A DNA stretch of 49,570 nucleotides, taken from contig CAYUCQ010000003.1 in the NCBI GenBank assembly GCA_964443535.1, positions 1-49,570 on the forward strand. Direction: 5' to 3'. The first letter of the stretch is position 1, and each line of letters starts with the position of its first letter. The stretch comes from Candidatus Woesearchaeota archaeon (GTDB taxonomy: Archaea; Nanobdellota; Nanobdellia; Pacearchaeales; GW2011-AR1). The position numbers and the translations under genes were made by a program. Shown here piece after piece: positions 18,083-26,908 of this stretch. The notes below the pieces were generated by a model that saw only the letters and a list, made by a program, of their open reading frames with translations, was not told where the DNA came from and ran no database searches.

Positions 18083-18270
18083 ATTTTCTTGATTTCTTTA
18101 TTATTCCATGTATATCTTCTTCTTTAATGCCTTTTGTTTCTAATTTTTTTCTTCCTTCTTTTGAAGACATTTTTATCATTTCAATTACCATTTTTTTCTT
18201 CTATTTATTATTTTCTTATTGTGAGATATTATTGCCTATAATCTTTTTTAAACTGCCTTAAACTTTCTTT

Positions 18271-18798
18271 TTAAGGCAGTTTAAGCAGTTTTCTAAAGAG
18301 CGTTGAGAATATTATTGAGAAGACTAAATATGCCCAGAACCATGAGAAGAAGCCGAATATTTTAACTCCGTCAACGACTTCAAAATAATCTGAAAACCAT
18401 CTGAAAAATAATATTATTGGAATTGCAGTGTAAACTAATGGGCGGAGAGTTAAATTAAATGTTTTTGGAAGAAATTCAAACTGCTTTTTCTGCAGTTCCA
18501 TCAGCTTTTCTGGATGATCCCTGAATTTTTTCATTTCTTGTGATAATAGTTTCTGCTCCTGCTTTAGCTTTCTTAAAGTCTCGTTATCAACTGTATATTT
18601 TTGGACTATTGTCAGGCATAAAGAAATAATGCCTGTGATTGCCAGCATTCCCATGTTTATATTGTAATCTAAAAGCCTGCCTGCTGTTGGGTCTAAGATT
18701 AAATGCATTGTGTTTTTTATGAGAGGAAAAGAATCCCAAGAAAATGCTATAGCTAAGCTGATAATCATTATAAAAAATAGAACGCTTGTAGGCTTCAT
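18271..18798 (-). CDS. DUF106 / EMC3-Oxa1-YidC-like membrane insertase (Mj0480 family)
   Basis: TM helices flank a Lys/Glu-rich coiled coil (LRKLKQEQKLLSQEMKKFRDHPEKLMELQKKQ). Its position after secY matches MJ0478-MJ0480 synteny. Confidence 0.6.
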   Translation of the reverse strand: MKPTSVLFFIMIISLAIAFSWDSFPLIKNTMHLILDPTAGRLLDYNINMGMLAITGIISLCLTIVQKYTVDNETLRKLKQEQKLLSQEMKKFRDHPEKLMELQKKQFEFLPKTFNLTLRPLVYTAIPIILFFRWFSDYFEVVDGVKIFGFFSWFWAYLVFSIIFSTLFRKLLKLP

Positions 18799-18834
18799 AA
18801 AAGTTTTAAGATTAAGTTGTTTTTAAATGTTAAG

Positions 18835-20223
18835 CTATCCGCCGATAAACTTTCTCATTGCAGGATGCATGTCAACAGCGTGCTGCTGGGCAATGTCTGT
18901 GTAAAGCTTGTAAACTATCATGACTGCTAATAGAATAGAAGTTCCTGAAGTTAATGCGCCTATAAGGTCTGCAAATGAAGATAATGCACCTATGGCAAGG
19001 CCGCCCATTATTGTTAAAGGCATTATGTATCTTTTTAATATTGATTCTAGGACGCGAGGGTCTTTTCTAAAGCCAGGGATTTGCAAGCCCGATGATAGAA
19101 TATTCTTGGCTTGCGCTGATTCATCCATGCCTGAGGTCTTTACCCAAAATACTGCAAAGAGCGCTGAAAGAGCCATGTAAAATAATACGTGAGTGAGAGA
19201 TTGAAGCAAAAGTATTGAAGAGAAACTTCCTCTTATTATTGACTCTATCAGATTCGTGCTGCCTATCCAGAATGCAAATCCAGAGATTGGCTGGCCTTGC
19301 GAGAAACCGCCGAGAAAAGTCGGCCTGCCCAGCCAATTTTCTAATAAACCGCCAAAGAGCTGAATGTTTGCTGCAAGAGCAGCTACTAAAATAACTGGAA
19401 TTACTGAAGCATAAAAGAATTGCAATGGCCATTTCATGCTATAGCCACGAAGTCTTTCATAGCTTAATGGAATTTCTACTTTAAGATTTTGCGCCCAAAC
19501 AACTAAGAGGAAAATCAATACTGTTGAAACTATTGCTATGACTGCGGAATATAATTCTGTTGGTGCGCCATTCAAGATAGATTGAAGTATCACAAGTATT
19601 CTGCCTCCGCAAGGAGTGCCTGCAAAATCAAGAAGGCATATCTCGCCATTTGTGCCTATAAACTGGAATAGAGAAGTAAATAGTCTCCACGAAACTCCTG
19701 CTACTATGAATAGAGAAACTCCTGAACCAAATCCCCATTTTTGCGAGACTTCATCCATAAGCATTATTGCCAAGCCTCCTAAAACTAGCTGGAAAATAAC
19801 AATTCCTGTAAAGCCTGGCGAAGCTTCTATGCCTCCCATTAAGACATATACTACTGCCTCAAAGACTATGAAGAATAAAACTCCTAATTTTTGCAGTGCC
19901 TGGAACTTTTTCTTGCCCTCTGGAGTTTTTGTATCAATGTTCATGATGCCTGAACCAACTAAAAGCTGCAAGATTATTCCTGCCATGACAATAGGGCCTA
20001 TTCCAAGGCTGATAATGCTTCCAAAATCTGTTCCTAAGATAACCTCTAAGAATTCAAATCTTTCCAGAAAACCTCGGGAAACTCCGTAAAGAGAAATATT
20101 GGCAAGAAGGAAAAAACCAAGCATGATAAAGAGAGTCCATTTTAGCTTCTTATTAAAATCAAGCTTCTTTTCCGCAGGTTTTTGCACCTCTGGAAGATTG
20201 TATACAATTTCTCTTAAAACCAT
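18835..20223 (-). CDS. secY: preprotein translocase subunit SecY
   Basis: About 10 predicted TM segments and SLGIGPIVMAGIILQLL. Follows rpl15. Confidence 0.9.
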   Translation of the reverse strand: MVLREIVYNLPEVQKPAEKKLDFNKKLKWTLFIMLGFFLLANISLYGVSRGFLERFEFLEVILGTDFGSIISLGIGPIVMAGIILQLLVGSGIMNIDTKTPEGKKKFQALQKLGVLFFIVFEAVVYVLMGGIEASPGFTGIVIFQLVLGGLAIMLMDEVSQKWGFGSGVSLFIVAGVSWRLFTSLFQFIGTNGEICLLDFAGTPCGGRILVILQSILNGAPTELYSAVIAIVSTVLIFLLVVWAQNLKVEIPLSYERLRGYSMKWPLQFFYASVIPVILVAALAANIQLFGGLLENWLGRPTFLGGFSQGQPISGFAFWIGSTNLIESIIRGSFSSILLLQSLTHVLFYMALSALFAVFWVKTSGMDESAQAKNILSSGLQIPGFRKDPRVLESILKRYIMPLTIMGGLAIGALSSFADLIGALTSGTSILLAVMIVYKLYTDIAQQHAVDMHPAMRKFIGG

Positions 20224-20260
20224 AGTCTTTTTAGCAAAATAAAGTTTAAAAAGTTAAGGA

Positions 20261-20677
20261 TTAATTTTCGGTGATTATTTCTCCGCCTGACTTCTTAACT
20301 TTCTCTATTGCTGATTTTGAAGCTGCTGATGCCTGAATAACTAATTTTTTATTGACATCTCCATCGCCTAATATTTTGTATCCTTTAAGAGATATATTAA
20401 TTCCATCTTTTGAGAATGAATGGAGATTTTGCATTATTTGAGACAAGTTTATTGACTTTAATTTAACTCTTTGCTTTTTCCTTATTGCCTTGTCTTTTCC
20501 GAAATATTCATAAGGCAGGTTTAAAATTAATGATTTTCTTTGGTCGCCGCGCTTTCCTGTTCCCGCCATGCCTTTTCCTCCTCTATGGCCTGAACCTCTT
20601 GCTTTTTTCTTGAATCCTCTTCCGTGAGTGTGAGTGCCTCTAAATCTTGAGGATTTTCTTCTTCTTTTTAGCTTCAT
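20261..20677 (-). CDS. rpl15: ribosomal protein uL15
   Basis: RFRGTHTHGRGFKKKARGSGHRGGKGMAGTGKRGDQRK, plus operon position. Confidence 0.9.
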   Translation of the reverse strand: MKLKRRRKSSRFRGTHTHGRGFKKKARGSGHRGGKGMAGTGKRGDQRKSLILNLPYEYFGKDKAIRKKQRVKLKSINLSQIMQNLHSFSKDGINISLKGYKILGDGDVNKKLVIQASAASKSAIEKVKKSGGEIITEN

Positions 20678-21099
20678 TACAACATCCTCCTTATCAAATC
20701 ATTGATTTTATTCTTATTGTCGCCTAATACTGCTTTCTTTGTGACGCCGAAATGCTTCTTTGCATCAATGCCTCCTCTTGGCGGATGAAGCCTGAAAAAA
20801 GGCTTTATGTCCCATGATTCTGGCTTTTTCTTTTCAATCTGCTCTAATATTTTATCAACATGCATCTTTGCTGAAGAATCTTTGAGAATTGCTCTTTTTT
20901 CTATCAAGAGAGAAAGTGTTTCCTTGTTTATGTCTCCATATGCAACATGATTTCTTATTTTTTTTATCAGCTTCATGTGCTCGCTTGTTGGCTTGATAAG
21001 AACAAGTGCATATTTTCTTCTAAGCCTTGCTCTAAACAGCGCTTCCTGAATCTCTCCCAAGACTTCAACCATTCCTGAAATTCTTATTATTGCCAGCAT
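20677..21099 (-). CDS. rpl30: ribosomal protein uL30
   Basis: MLAIIRISGM...RLRRKYALVLIKPT. I chose the Met at 21099, directly after the rps5 stop (21101-21103). The track start at 21138 adds 13 unlikely residues. Confidence 0.9.
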   Translation of the reverse strand: MLAIIRISGMVEVLGEIQEALFRARLRRKYALVLIKPTSEHMKLIKKIRNHVAYGDINKETLSLLIEKRAILKDSSAKMHVDKILEQIEKKKPESWDIKPFFRLHPPRGGIDAKKHFGVTKKAVLGDNKNKINDLIRRML

Positions 21100-21100
21100 T

Positions 21101-21880
21101 TTAAGACACCATTTTCTTTGTTTTTTCCAAAGCATCAATGCACGCTTTTATCAAGTTAAAAGTTGTGCGAGTATCGCCAAATGTTTTTGCATAAACATCT
21201 CTTATTCCTGCTAATCTTAAAACTTTCTTGCATTCATCTGCAACTACAAGGCCTGTTCCTCTTGGAGCAGGTATTAATGTTATTCTTGAGCTTCCGCATT
21301 TTCCTTGAATCTTGAATGGAACTGTGTGCGGATCGCTTTTCAAGCTGTCTGTTGGATTTTCAAAGCCCCTTATTATCTTTATTACATTTAATTTTGCCTG
21401 CCTTATTGCTTTTTCTCTTGCTGGAAGTGTTTCTTTTGCACTGCCATAGCCTACGCCAACATGGCCGTTTTTATCGCCGACAACTGTCATTGTTGAGAAA
21501 GATAGAACATTTCCTTCCATTGTTTTTTTCTGAGTCTGCCTCCAGGCTCTTCTTTTTCCGCCTCCAAATTTGCCTTTTGCCTGTCCAATAAGAATTAATT
21601 CTGAATCAAGATCTAATAATGAATCAACAATTTCCGGCTCAAGTATTTTTCTTTCATGCTCTAATATTCTATCAATATCTTTTTCCTTGCCTGCCTTGAC
21701 TTTTCTTCCTAATTCTGTTCTTGGAACCCATGAAGCAAGCAAATCTTTTTTGTCTGGCTTTTCATATTCTCTTCTTCCATATCTGCCATGCTGTCTTTTT
21801 ACTTCGGTGATTTTCTCTATTTCTTCAGGAACTGCTTCAATTATTTCCTTTTGCTCGTTAACTGTGTTTTCTTCTGCCAT
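21101..21880 (-). CDS. rps5: ribosomal protein uS5
   Basis: FSTMTVVGDKNGHVGVGYGSAKETLPAREKAIRQAK, plus operon position. Confidence 0.9.
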   Translation of the reverse strand: MAEENTVNEQKEIIEAVPEEIEKITEVKRQHGRYGRREYEKPDKKDLLASWVPRTELGRKVKAGKEKDIDRILEHERKILEPEIVDSLLDLDSELILIGQAKGKFGGGKRRAWRQTQKKTMEGNVLSFSTMTVVGDKNGHVGVGYGSAKETLPAREKAIRQAKLNVIKIIRGFENPTDSLKSDPHTVPFKIQGKCGSSRITLIPAPRGTGLVVADECKKVLRLAGIRDVYAKTFGDTRTTFNLIKACIDALEKTKKMVS

Positions 21881-21881
21881 T

Positions 21882-22349
21882 TTATTTATGTTTGACTCTC
21901 TCTAGCATGCTTTTTAATTTTTCGTTTTTCTGCAAGTCAGATAGTGAAGGAAGTGATTCAGGATTATGCGGAATGCTTAAGCCTGCGTCTATTGCTCCTT
22001 TCAAGACAGCGTAAATTCTTGATTTTGCTACATTTCTGTTCAATCCTATGTCAAGAATTGCTGACTTGATTTTCTTTTCTGCTGCCAGCTTGCATAGTGT
22101 GAATCCTGTAAGATATGCTGCCTGCAAACTTTTAAGGCTTCCTTCTTTTTCTTTAGGCCAGCCTTTTCCAAGCAAATCTTTTGAGTTTATTCCAATAACT
22201 ACTTTGTCTTGAGCTTGAGCTGTTTCAACAATCTGGGCAATTATATACCTATTTGTCTTTCTTACAACAAGCCTTTTTTCTCCTGATTTCAGAAGAGCTA
22301 ATCTGGCCTTGTAATCTGTCTTTGCTTGTAATCTTCTTTGTCGTTTCAC
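21882..22349 (-). CDS. rpl18: ribosomal protein uL18
   Basis: RRLQAKTDYKARLALLKSGEKRLVVRKTNRYIIAQIV. Confidence 0.9.
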   Translation of the reverse strand: MKRQRRLQAKTDYKARLALLKSGEKRLVVRKTNRYIIAQIVETAQAQDKVVIGINSKDLLGKGWPKEKEGSLKSLQAAYLTGFTLCKLAAEKKIKSAILDIGLNRNVAKSRIYAVLKGAIDAGLSIPHNPESLPSLSDLQKNEKLKSMLERVKHK

Positions 22350-22750
22350 TTTGTCTCCTTAAGCTTTTCTTTTAATTGAGCGAGATTCCTGTATATTCCT
22401 GCTCTTATTTCTTTTCTTATGCTAATGAAATTCTCTCTTGAAAGAGCTCCTTCTCTTTTAAGAGGAGCAATATGCTTTCTCAATTTTCTTGTAAGAGTCA
22501 TGTAATTCAATTTCTTGTCAATTATATTTTTTCTTCTTGAGCCAAACATTCTTCTTGTTCTTCTTTTCTGAAGTGTTCTTCTTCCTCTGATTTCATTTAT
22601 TATGATTGCGCCGTTTGAATGCAAATCAATAATATCCTGCTTTGTAATTGCTTCTTTTATTTCATTTAGCTGATTGATATTGAATGAAATTCTATTTTTT
22701 CCTACGCCTAATGTTCTTGCAGCTAATTCTTTTTTCTTGTTTAATTTCAT
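22346..22750 (-). CDS. rpl19e: ribosomal protein eL19
   Basis: KKELAARTLGVGKNRISFN...RGRRTLQKRRTRR. 4-nt overlaps with both neighbours. Confidence 0.9.
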   Translation of the reverse strand: MKLNKKKELAARTLGVGKNRISFNINQLNEIKEAITKQDIIDLHSNGAIIINEIRGRRTLQKRRTRRMFGSRRKNIIDKKLNYMTLTRKLRKHIAPLKREGALSRENFISIRKEIRAGIYRNLAQLKEKLKETK

Positions 22751-23079
22751 TTCTTTGACTCCTTTATGTTTAGAATTTTAATGTTCATTTCCTGCGCTTT
22801 CTTTATAATTTCCATTTTCTTTTTTGCTCCAAGCCTGCTTGCTATTATGACTGGAACTTTTTTAGTAAGGTGCTTCAAATCATTCATGTTATTGATTAAT
22901 ACTCTTTCCATGACTTTTTGAGACTTGTAGCCTATGCTTGGCGAGATGGGGTAGCCTTTCCTTTTTTTCCTCATCTTGCTGTGCCTTCCTTTGGCTTTTC
23001 TCCATTTCTGCAATTTCTTTCTGTTCTTGCCGAGCTTCAAATGCCTCATGTAATCCTGCCTTATGAATTTCGGAGTCAT
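22747..23079 (-). CDS. rpl32e: ribosomal protein eL32
   Basis: FIRQDYMRHLKLGKNRKKLQKWRKAKGRHSKMRKKRKGYP. Confidence 0.9.
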   Translation of the reverse strand: MTPKFIRQDYMRHLKLGKNRKKLQKWRKAKGRHSKMRKKRKGYPISPSIGYKSQKVMERVLINNMNDLKHLTKKVPVIIASRLGAKKKMEIIKKAQEMNIKILNIKESKK

Positions 23080-23618
23080 ATTTCCCTCTCTGGCTTATCT
23101 GTTATGTAGATGCCGTCTTGAAAGACTCTTCTGTCTCTTGCCCTTATTCTTGTAGCAAATTCAAAATTAGCAGCTGTCTGGCCTGCTGCTTCCTTGTCAA
23201 AAGAAGATATTGTTATAATCTGCCCTTTTATCTGAACATCTACATTTGGAAGAACTTTTGCATATCTCGGGGTTTTTTCTCCAAGAAAATTATTGACTGT
23301 TAATTTTTGCGTATCTAATTTGAGAGTCATTGGAAAGTGCACGTTGCAGGCTTCAAGCTTGTAAACGAATTTTTTATTTAATCCCTGAAAAATGTTAGCA
23401 GCATGTTTTATAAAAGAATTTATGACTTTTCTTTCTTTTCTGCTTGCTCTTTTGCATGAAAAATGCACTGAATCTTTTTCAACAGAAACTTCTATGCCTG
23501 GAGCGCTTATTTTTTTTGACAGCTCTGCAGAACCTTTTGTGCAGTGCAGGACTTTATTTTCATATTTGCAGCTAAAGCCAGATGGAATTTCTATTTTTTC
23601 TTTTATTTCTTTCTTCAT
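23076..23618 (-). CDS. rpl6: ribosomal protein uL6
   Basis: Operon position and two-domain L6-like sequence (VEKDSVHF..., VQIKGQIITISSFDKEAAGQTAANFE). Confidence 0.85.
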   Translation of the reverse strand: MKKEIKEKIEIPSGFSCKYENKVLHCTKGSAELSKKISAPGIEVSVEKDSVHFSCKRASRKERKVINSFIKHAANIFQGLNKKFVYKLEACNVHFPMTLKLDTQKLTVNNFLGEKTPRYAKVLPNVDVQIKGQIITISSFDKEAAGQTAANFEFATRIRARDRRVFQDGIYITDKPEREI

Positions 23619-23992
23619 TAAAACATGTAAGCTATCAAGCTTCCTCCCAAATTTTTCTCCTTGGCAGTTTGATTTGTCATCAAGCCGCGTGATGTTGAGA
23701 CTATAATCATTCCTAATCCTTTTGCAGGAAGATAACGCTTCTCGTATTTCTCAATTTCCTGAACAGTTACATTGTATCTTGGCTTTATTGCATTGCATTC
23801 ATTCAGCTTGCCAATTTCTATTTTAAGTGTTTTCTTTCCGTGCTTGTAATCCTTGATATAGCCCTTTAATTTTGCAAGAGCAAGAACAGAAATAAGCAAT
23901 CTTGAGCTGTAATTGACTTCCAAGTCTGACTGCCTTGAGCGCTTTGCATTCATTATTTGATTTAGCACGTCTGCTACGATATCTTGTGACAT
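23618..23992 (-). CDS. rps8: ribosomal protein uS8
   Basis: DIVADVLNQIMNAKRSRQ...GMIIVSTSRGLMT...GGSLIAYMF. Confidence 0.9.
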   Translation of the reverse strand: MSQDIVADVLNQIMNAKRSRQSDLEVNYSSRLLISVLALAKLKGYIKDYKHGKKTLKIEIGKLNECNAIKPRYNVTVQEIEKYEKRYLPAKGLGMIIVSTSRGLMTNQTAKEKNLGGSLIAYMF

Positions 23993-23993
23993 T

Positions 23994-24233
23994 TTAGCTG
24001 TATTTTTTGAAGCCGATTTCTTCTGCTATCTCGCGGAAGCATTGGCGGCACATATTTAGATCATACTGGCTTAGATGCGCGCCAAACCTGCCGCATCTTT
24101 CGCATTTCTTTCTTGCTATTCCTGTAGACCTGTCTTTAGGCTTGCAATATTTCAAGAATCTTTGCAGGATTACTGGTTTGTTTTTTAACTGCCTCGCTAA
24201 TTTGTTCCAATCACTTGCTGTCATCTTAAACAA
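23994..24233 (-). CDS. rps14: ribosomal protein uS14 (zinc-ribbon type)
   Basis: CERCGR...CRQCFRE CxxC pairs. The Met at 24224 is an alternative start. Confidence 0.85.
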   Translation of the reverse strand: MFKMTASDWNKLARQLKNKPVILQRFLKYCKPKDRSTGIARKKCERCGRFGAHLSQYDLNMCRQCFREIAEEIGFKKYS

Positions 24234-24738
24234 ACTGCGTCTGGAAATTGCTTTCCATAAATTTAATTATTTCTTCCTGCGAAACATTATGCCTTGAAGG
24301 GAGTTTTCCTGATTTTATCTTTTTCAGCTTGACTCGGACGCCTGGGCGTGAAAAAACTATTGTGACATTCAAGCCGCGAATTCCTATGTCTCTTTGATAT
24401 TCAATGCCTGGAATTTCTATGTATTCTTCAATTCCAAAAGAAAAATTATTTATTGATACCTGCTCTTTTCCTAAAATATTTCCAACAGCTGCCAGAAGCC
24501 TTTTTAGCAGCTCTGCTGCAGCTTCATCACGCAAAGTTATTCTTGTTCCTACTTCCAAGCCTGGGCGGACATTAAAATTAGGTATTCTTTTTTTTGAGGC
24601 TATTATCTGAGCTTTTTTTCCAGATATTATTTCCAATAACTTCGTTGCTTTCACCAAATCTTTGTCAGTAGCGCCACAGCTAATTACGACTTTGCTAATG
24701 CTTATTCTTTCCATTGGATTAAGTGTTTGCTGCATCAT
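24226..24738 (-). CDS. rpl5: ribosomal protein uL5
   Basis: NPMERISISKVVISCG...GIEYQRDIGIRGLNVTIV. Confidence 0.9.
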   Translation of the reverse strand: MMQQTLNPMERISISKVVISCGATDKDLVKATKLLEIISGKKAQIIASKKRIPNFNVRPGLEVGTRITLRDEAAAELLKRLLAAVGNILGKEQVSINNFSFGIEEYIEIPGIEYQRDIGIRGLNVTIVFSRPGVRVKLKKIKSGKLPSRHNVSQEEIIKFMESNFQTQFV

Positions 24739-25358
24739 TCTACTATCACCTGACTTTGGTCTAATGAAACTAATTTTTCATTATCTAGAGAAATGCCTAA
24801 ATTTCTTGCGTTTTTTGAATTTATCTTTCCTTTCTGTCCTATATATTTTCCAGAAATTATCATTGCTTCTTTTCCTTTTTCAAGAGCCACGTGCTTCTTT
24901 ATTTTTCCTGCAGAATCAAGATATACAGAATCTCCAACTTGAATATTTTCTTTTGATATTAAATTTGAGCCGTCATGAAAATTTAATTGAATAGAATTTT
25001 TTTTAACCAGTTTTTTATTTATCACCTTGCAGAGCCTTATGCTCTTGTCTTTTGCTTCTTCTAATGTGAACTTTCCTGTTGGAAGCAAAGACAGCTTATA
25101 TGACTTGCCTGCTTCTAGGATATTGAAAAGAGAAACGCTTTCTCTTTGATCTTTAATAACGCGCCCGTTTATTTTCAGCATTTTTTGGATAATCATTTTT
25201 TTTACTTCGCTTGCTGTATGCGCAAGATGAAGCATGTCTCTTACTGCGATAACAACTGGAAGAGAATTGCTGACATTTGACAAAGCCCTTGCTATGTACT
25301 TTGTTCCTTTTCTCGGAATTGGCAACTTTTTCATTGCGCTTTGTCTTTTTACATGCAT
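24735..25358 (-). CDS. rps4e: ribosomal protein eS4
   Basis: MHVKRQSAMKKLPIPRKGTKYIA..., plus a C-terminal KOW-like segment. Confidence 0.9.
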   Translation of the reverse strand: MHVKRQSAMKKLPIPRKGTKYIARALSNVSNSLPVVIAVRDMLHLAHTASEVKKMIIQKMLKINGRVIKDQRESVSLFNILEAGKSYKLSLLPTGKFTLEEAKDKSIRLCKVINKKLVKKNSIQLNFHDGSNLISKENIQVGDSVYLDSAGKIKKHVALEKGKEAMIISGKYIGQKGKINSKNARNLGISLDNEKLVSLDQSQVIVE

Positions 25359-25389
25359 TTTAGTCCTATCAAGTTGAAGGAAAAATGAG

Positions 25390-25403
25390 GCTTATAAATA
25401 TTT
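25390..25403 (-). promoter_or_regulatory. TATA-like box upstream of rps4e (candidate internal promoter)
   Basis: The minus strand reads ATATTTATAAGCC about 33 nt upstream of the rps4e ATG at 25358, just downstream of the inserted islet. Confidence 0.35.
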
Positions 25404-25483
25404 GCTTGAGTTGTTATTTAGAAGAATATATCTTCTTTAGTGCTTTTATTAAATTAGAGGTAGTCGTCCAATAAGCCCTAATT

Positions 25484-25882
25484 TTATCCTAATTTATTCT
25501 CTATTACACTCTTTAGCTTTTGAATTACTTCTTTAAAAGAATTTTCGTTTCTATTGAGATGGGAGTATTCAACAAAAAAACCCTCATAAGCTATCCTATT
25601 TCTTAAAATTCTCAAATCATCTAAAATATATATCTCATTCTGATTAAATTCTCTATGTCTTTCTTTTATATAATCAATTAAATCTTTATGGCTTAAAGTT
25701 TTATATCCATCAAGCAGGAGTATTGCTGTGATAAGCTCTTTTATTATTTCATAATAATCTGAAATAATCAGCGCCGCCATTTTTTCCCTATTTTGCATCT
25801 TAATTCTTTCTTCTATTAAAGAAGTCATCTTAAGTATGCTTTTTGCTTTCTCTTTGTCTTTGCTGATTTTTATAAGCTCCAT
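25484..25882 (-). CDS. HEPN-domain protein (toxin partner of the MNT)
   Basis: 132-aa helical protein 1 nt downstream of the nucleotidyltransferase gene. Has LRILRNRIAYEG where HEPN proteins carry R-x4-6-H; here Tyr replaces the His. Confidence 0.65.
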   Translation of the reverse strand: MELIKISKDKEKAKSILKMTSLIEERIKMQNREKMAALIISDYYEIIKELITAILLLDGYKTLSHKDLIDYIKERHREFNQNEIYILDDLRILRNRIAYEGFFVEYSHLNRNENSFKEVIQKLKSVIENKLG

Positions 25883-25883
25883 T

Positions 25884-26408
25884 TTAAAATATTTTTATAT
25901 ATCCTTTAAGCATAATGCCGTTGAGAATATTATTTTTAAGCTCATTATTAAGCTTATGAAAATTTTCTTCAAAAAATAAAGTTATTCTTCTATTTAATGA
26001 TTTTTCGTATTTTTCAAGGTCCAATCTTTTCTTGGGCGCCTGAACAAAAATATCTATATCGCTCTCTTCAATATCTTCGCCTTTGGATGCCGAGCCAAAC
26101 ATTATTATTGCATCAGGCATGCAATTGTCATAAATATAATCCAATAAACCTTCCTGGTAAATCCTTGAAATTATGTTGAATTTTTTATAGAACCTGAACA
26201 ATTTGTTATCTCTATTAGCTCTAAATGTTGGATATAAGCCATTTTTTTCCTTCAAGATAAATCCTTCAGTTAATAAAGCTTTTAAATGGGCTATTGTAGA
26301 AGGCTGTGATAGTTTAACTGCCCTGGACATTTCCCTCATATGAAAATTCTTTTGAGGAAAATTAAAAAATTCCTGCAAAATTTTATATCTGATATAATTT
26401 TGTAGCAT
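25884..26408 (-). CDS. winged-helix + minimal nucleotidyltransferase (MNT) fusion
   Basis: MFGSASKGEDIEESDIDIFV is the GS-x9-11-D-x-D pol-beta NTase motif. N-terminal wHTH: MSRAVKLSQPSTIAHLKALLTEGFILKE. Confidence 0.8.
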   Translation of the reverse strand: MLQNYIRYKILQEFFNFPQKNFHMREMSRAVKLSQPSTIAHLKALLTEGFILKEKNGLYPTFRANRDNKLFRFYKKFNIISRIYQEGLLDYIYDNCMPDAIIMFGSASKGEDIEESDIDIFVQAPKKRLDLEKYEKSLNRRITLFFEENFHKLNNELKNNILNGIMLKGYIKIF

Positions 26409-26430
26409 ATGCTATTATATTATAGCAAGA

Positions 26431-26442
26431 GGTATTTAAATC
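26431..26442 (-). promoter_or_regulatory. TATA-like box for the MNT-HEPN operon
   Basis: The minus strand reads GATTTAAATACCTCT about 25 nt upstream of the ATG at 26408. It shares the 12-mer TTAAATACCTCT with the 249-aa gene promoter. Confidence 0.4.
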
Positions 26443-26541
26443 TTTCTATACGGCAAGTTATGCAAATTAAGTTTTATTTGAATATATCTTTTTTGTCTTG
26501 CCTTCTCTTGCTTTTCTCCATGCTAAAATCAAATTGCTTAA

Positions 26542-26711
26542 ATTATAGATTTCAGGATAGATATTATTAATTTCCATATTATGAATGTCTTAGGAGCAAG
26601 GGCTATTCCAGACGCGTAACCGTTCCTGTTATCATCATGGTAGCTGCCATTGAAGTTAAGCCTGTTGTCGTTCCAGTTCCTGTCGTCAAGCGCGCCAATT
26701 ATGTAGCCAAT
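26542..26711 (-). pseudogene. decayed fragment homologous to the 3' end of the 249-aa gene
   Basis: 26608-26700 aligns gap-free (~75% by eye) with 26923-27015. The fragment reads IGALDDRNWNDNRLNFNGSYHDDNRNGYASG versus ISALGDRVWYGYGLDFGGSYRVVGRYGCASG. It is bounded by an in-frame stop at 26712-26714 and has no start codon. Confidence 0.6.
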
Positions 26712-26882
26712 TTACCAATTGGGCTTTTCAGCTTCACTGAAATTCCTCGCAAGGAATTTCTGTATTTCATGGCTTTAAAATAAATAAAATAATGCCTTAG
26801 TAAATTGGCGTGTAGCCCTAGCTCATAGGCATTGCCTCACTAAGACAAAATATAATAGAATATAGAATTAATAAATTATTGC

Positions 26883-26908
26883 AAAAAATTTTGCGAGTGC
26901 TTCGCACT
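26883..26908 (-). terminator. hairpin plus U6 after the 249-aa gene
   Basis: The minus strand reads AGUGC-GAA-GCACU, then CGCAAAA, then UUUUUU, starting at the stop codon. Confidence 0.35.

Noticed and set aside
18075-18191. A 38-aa Lys-rich minus-strand ORF (MVIEMIKMSSKEGRKKLETKGIKEEDIHGIIKKSRKST) in the gap between psmA and the DUF106 gene.
   Set aside because: It is very short and matches no small ribosomal or Sec protein I know. It could be a real small protein but cannot be supported from sequence alone.
18250-18282. An 11-bp inverted repeat (AAACTGCCTTA...TAAGGCAGTTT) at the stop codon of the DUF106 gene, considered as a bidirectional terminator.
   Set aside because: No U-run follows it on either strand. 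One arm is coding sequence. The T-runs downstream of psmA (near 18141 and 18191) are more plausible archaeal terminators.
25413-25450. A possible relic of the rpl24 3' end next to rps4e: TTATTTAG...CTTCTTTAG resembles CTATTTAGCTTCTTTAG at 28418-28434. This would parallel the rps2 duplication.
   Set aside because: Only two short blocks (7-9 nt) match, separated by a 10-nt indel, and flanking similarity is weak. In AT-rich DNA this is within chance expectation.
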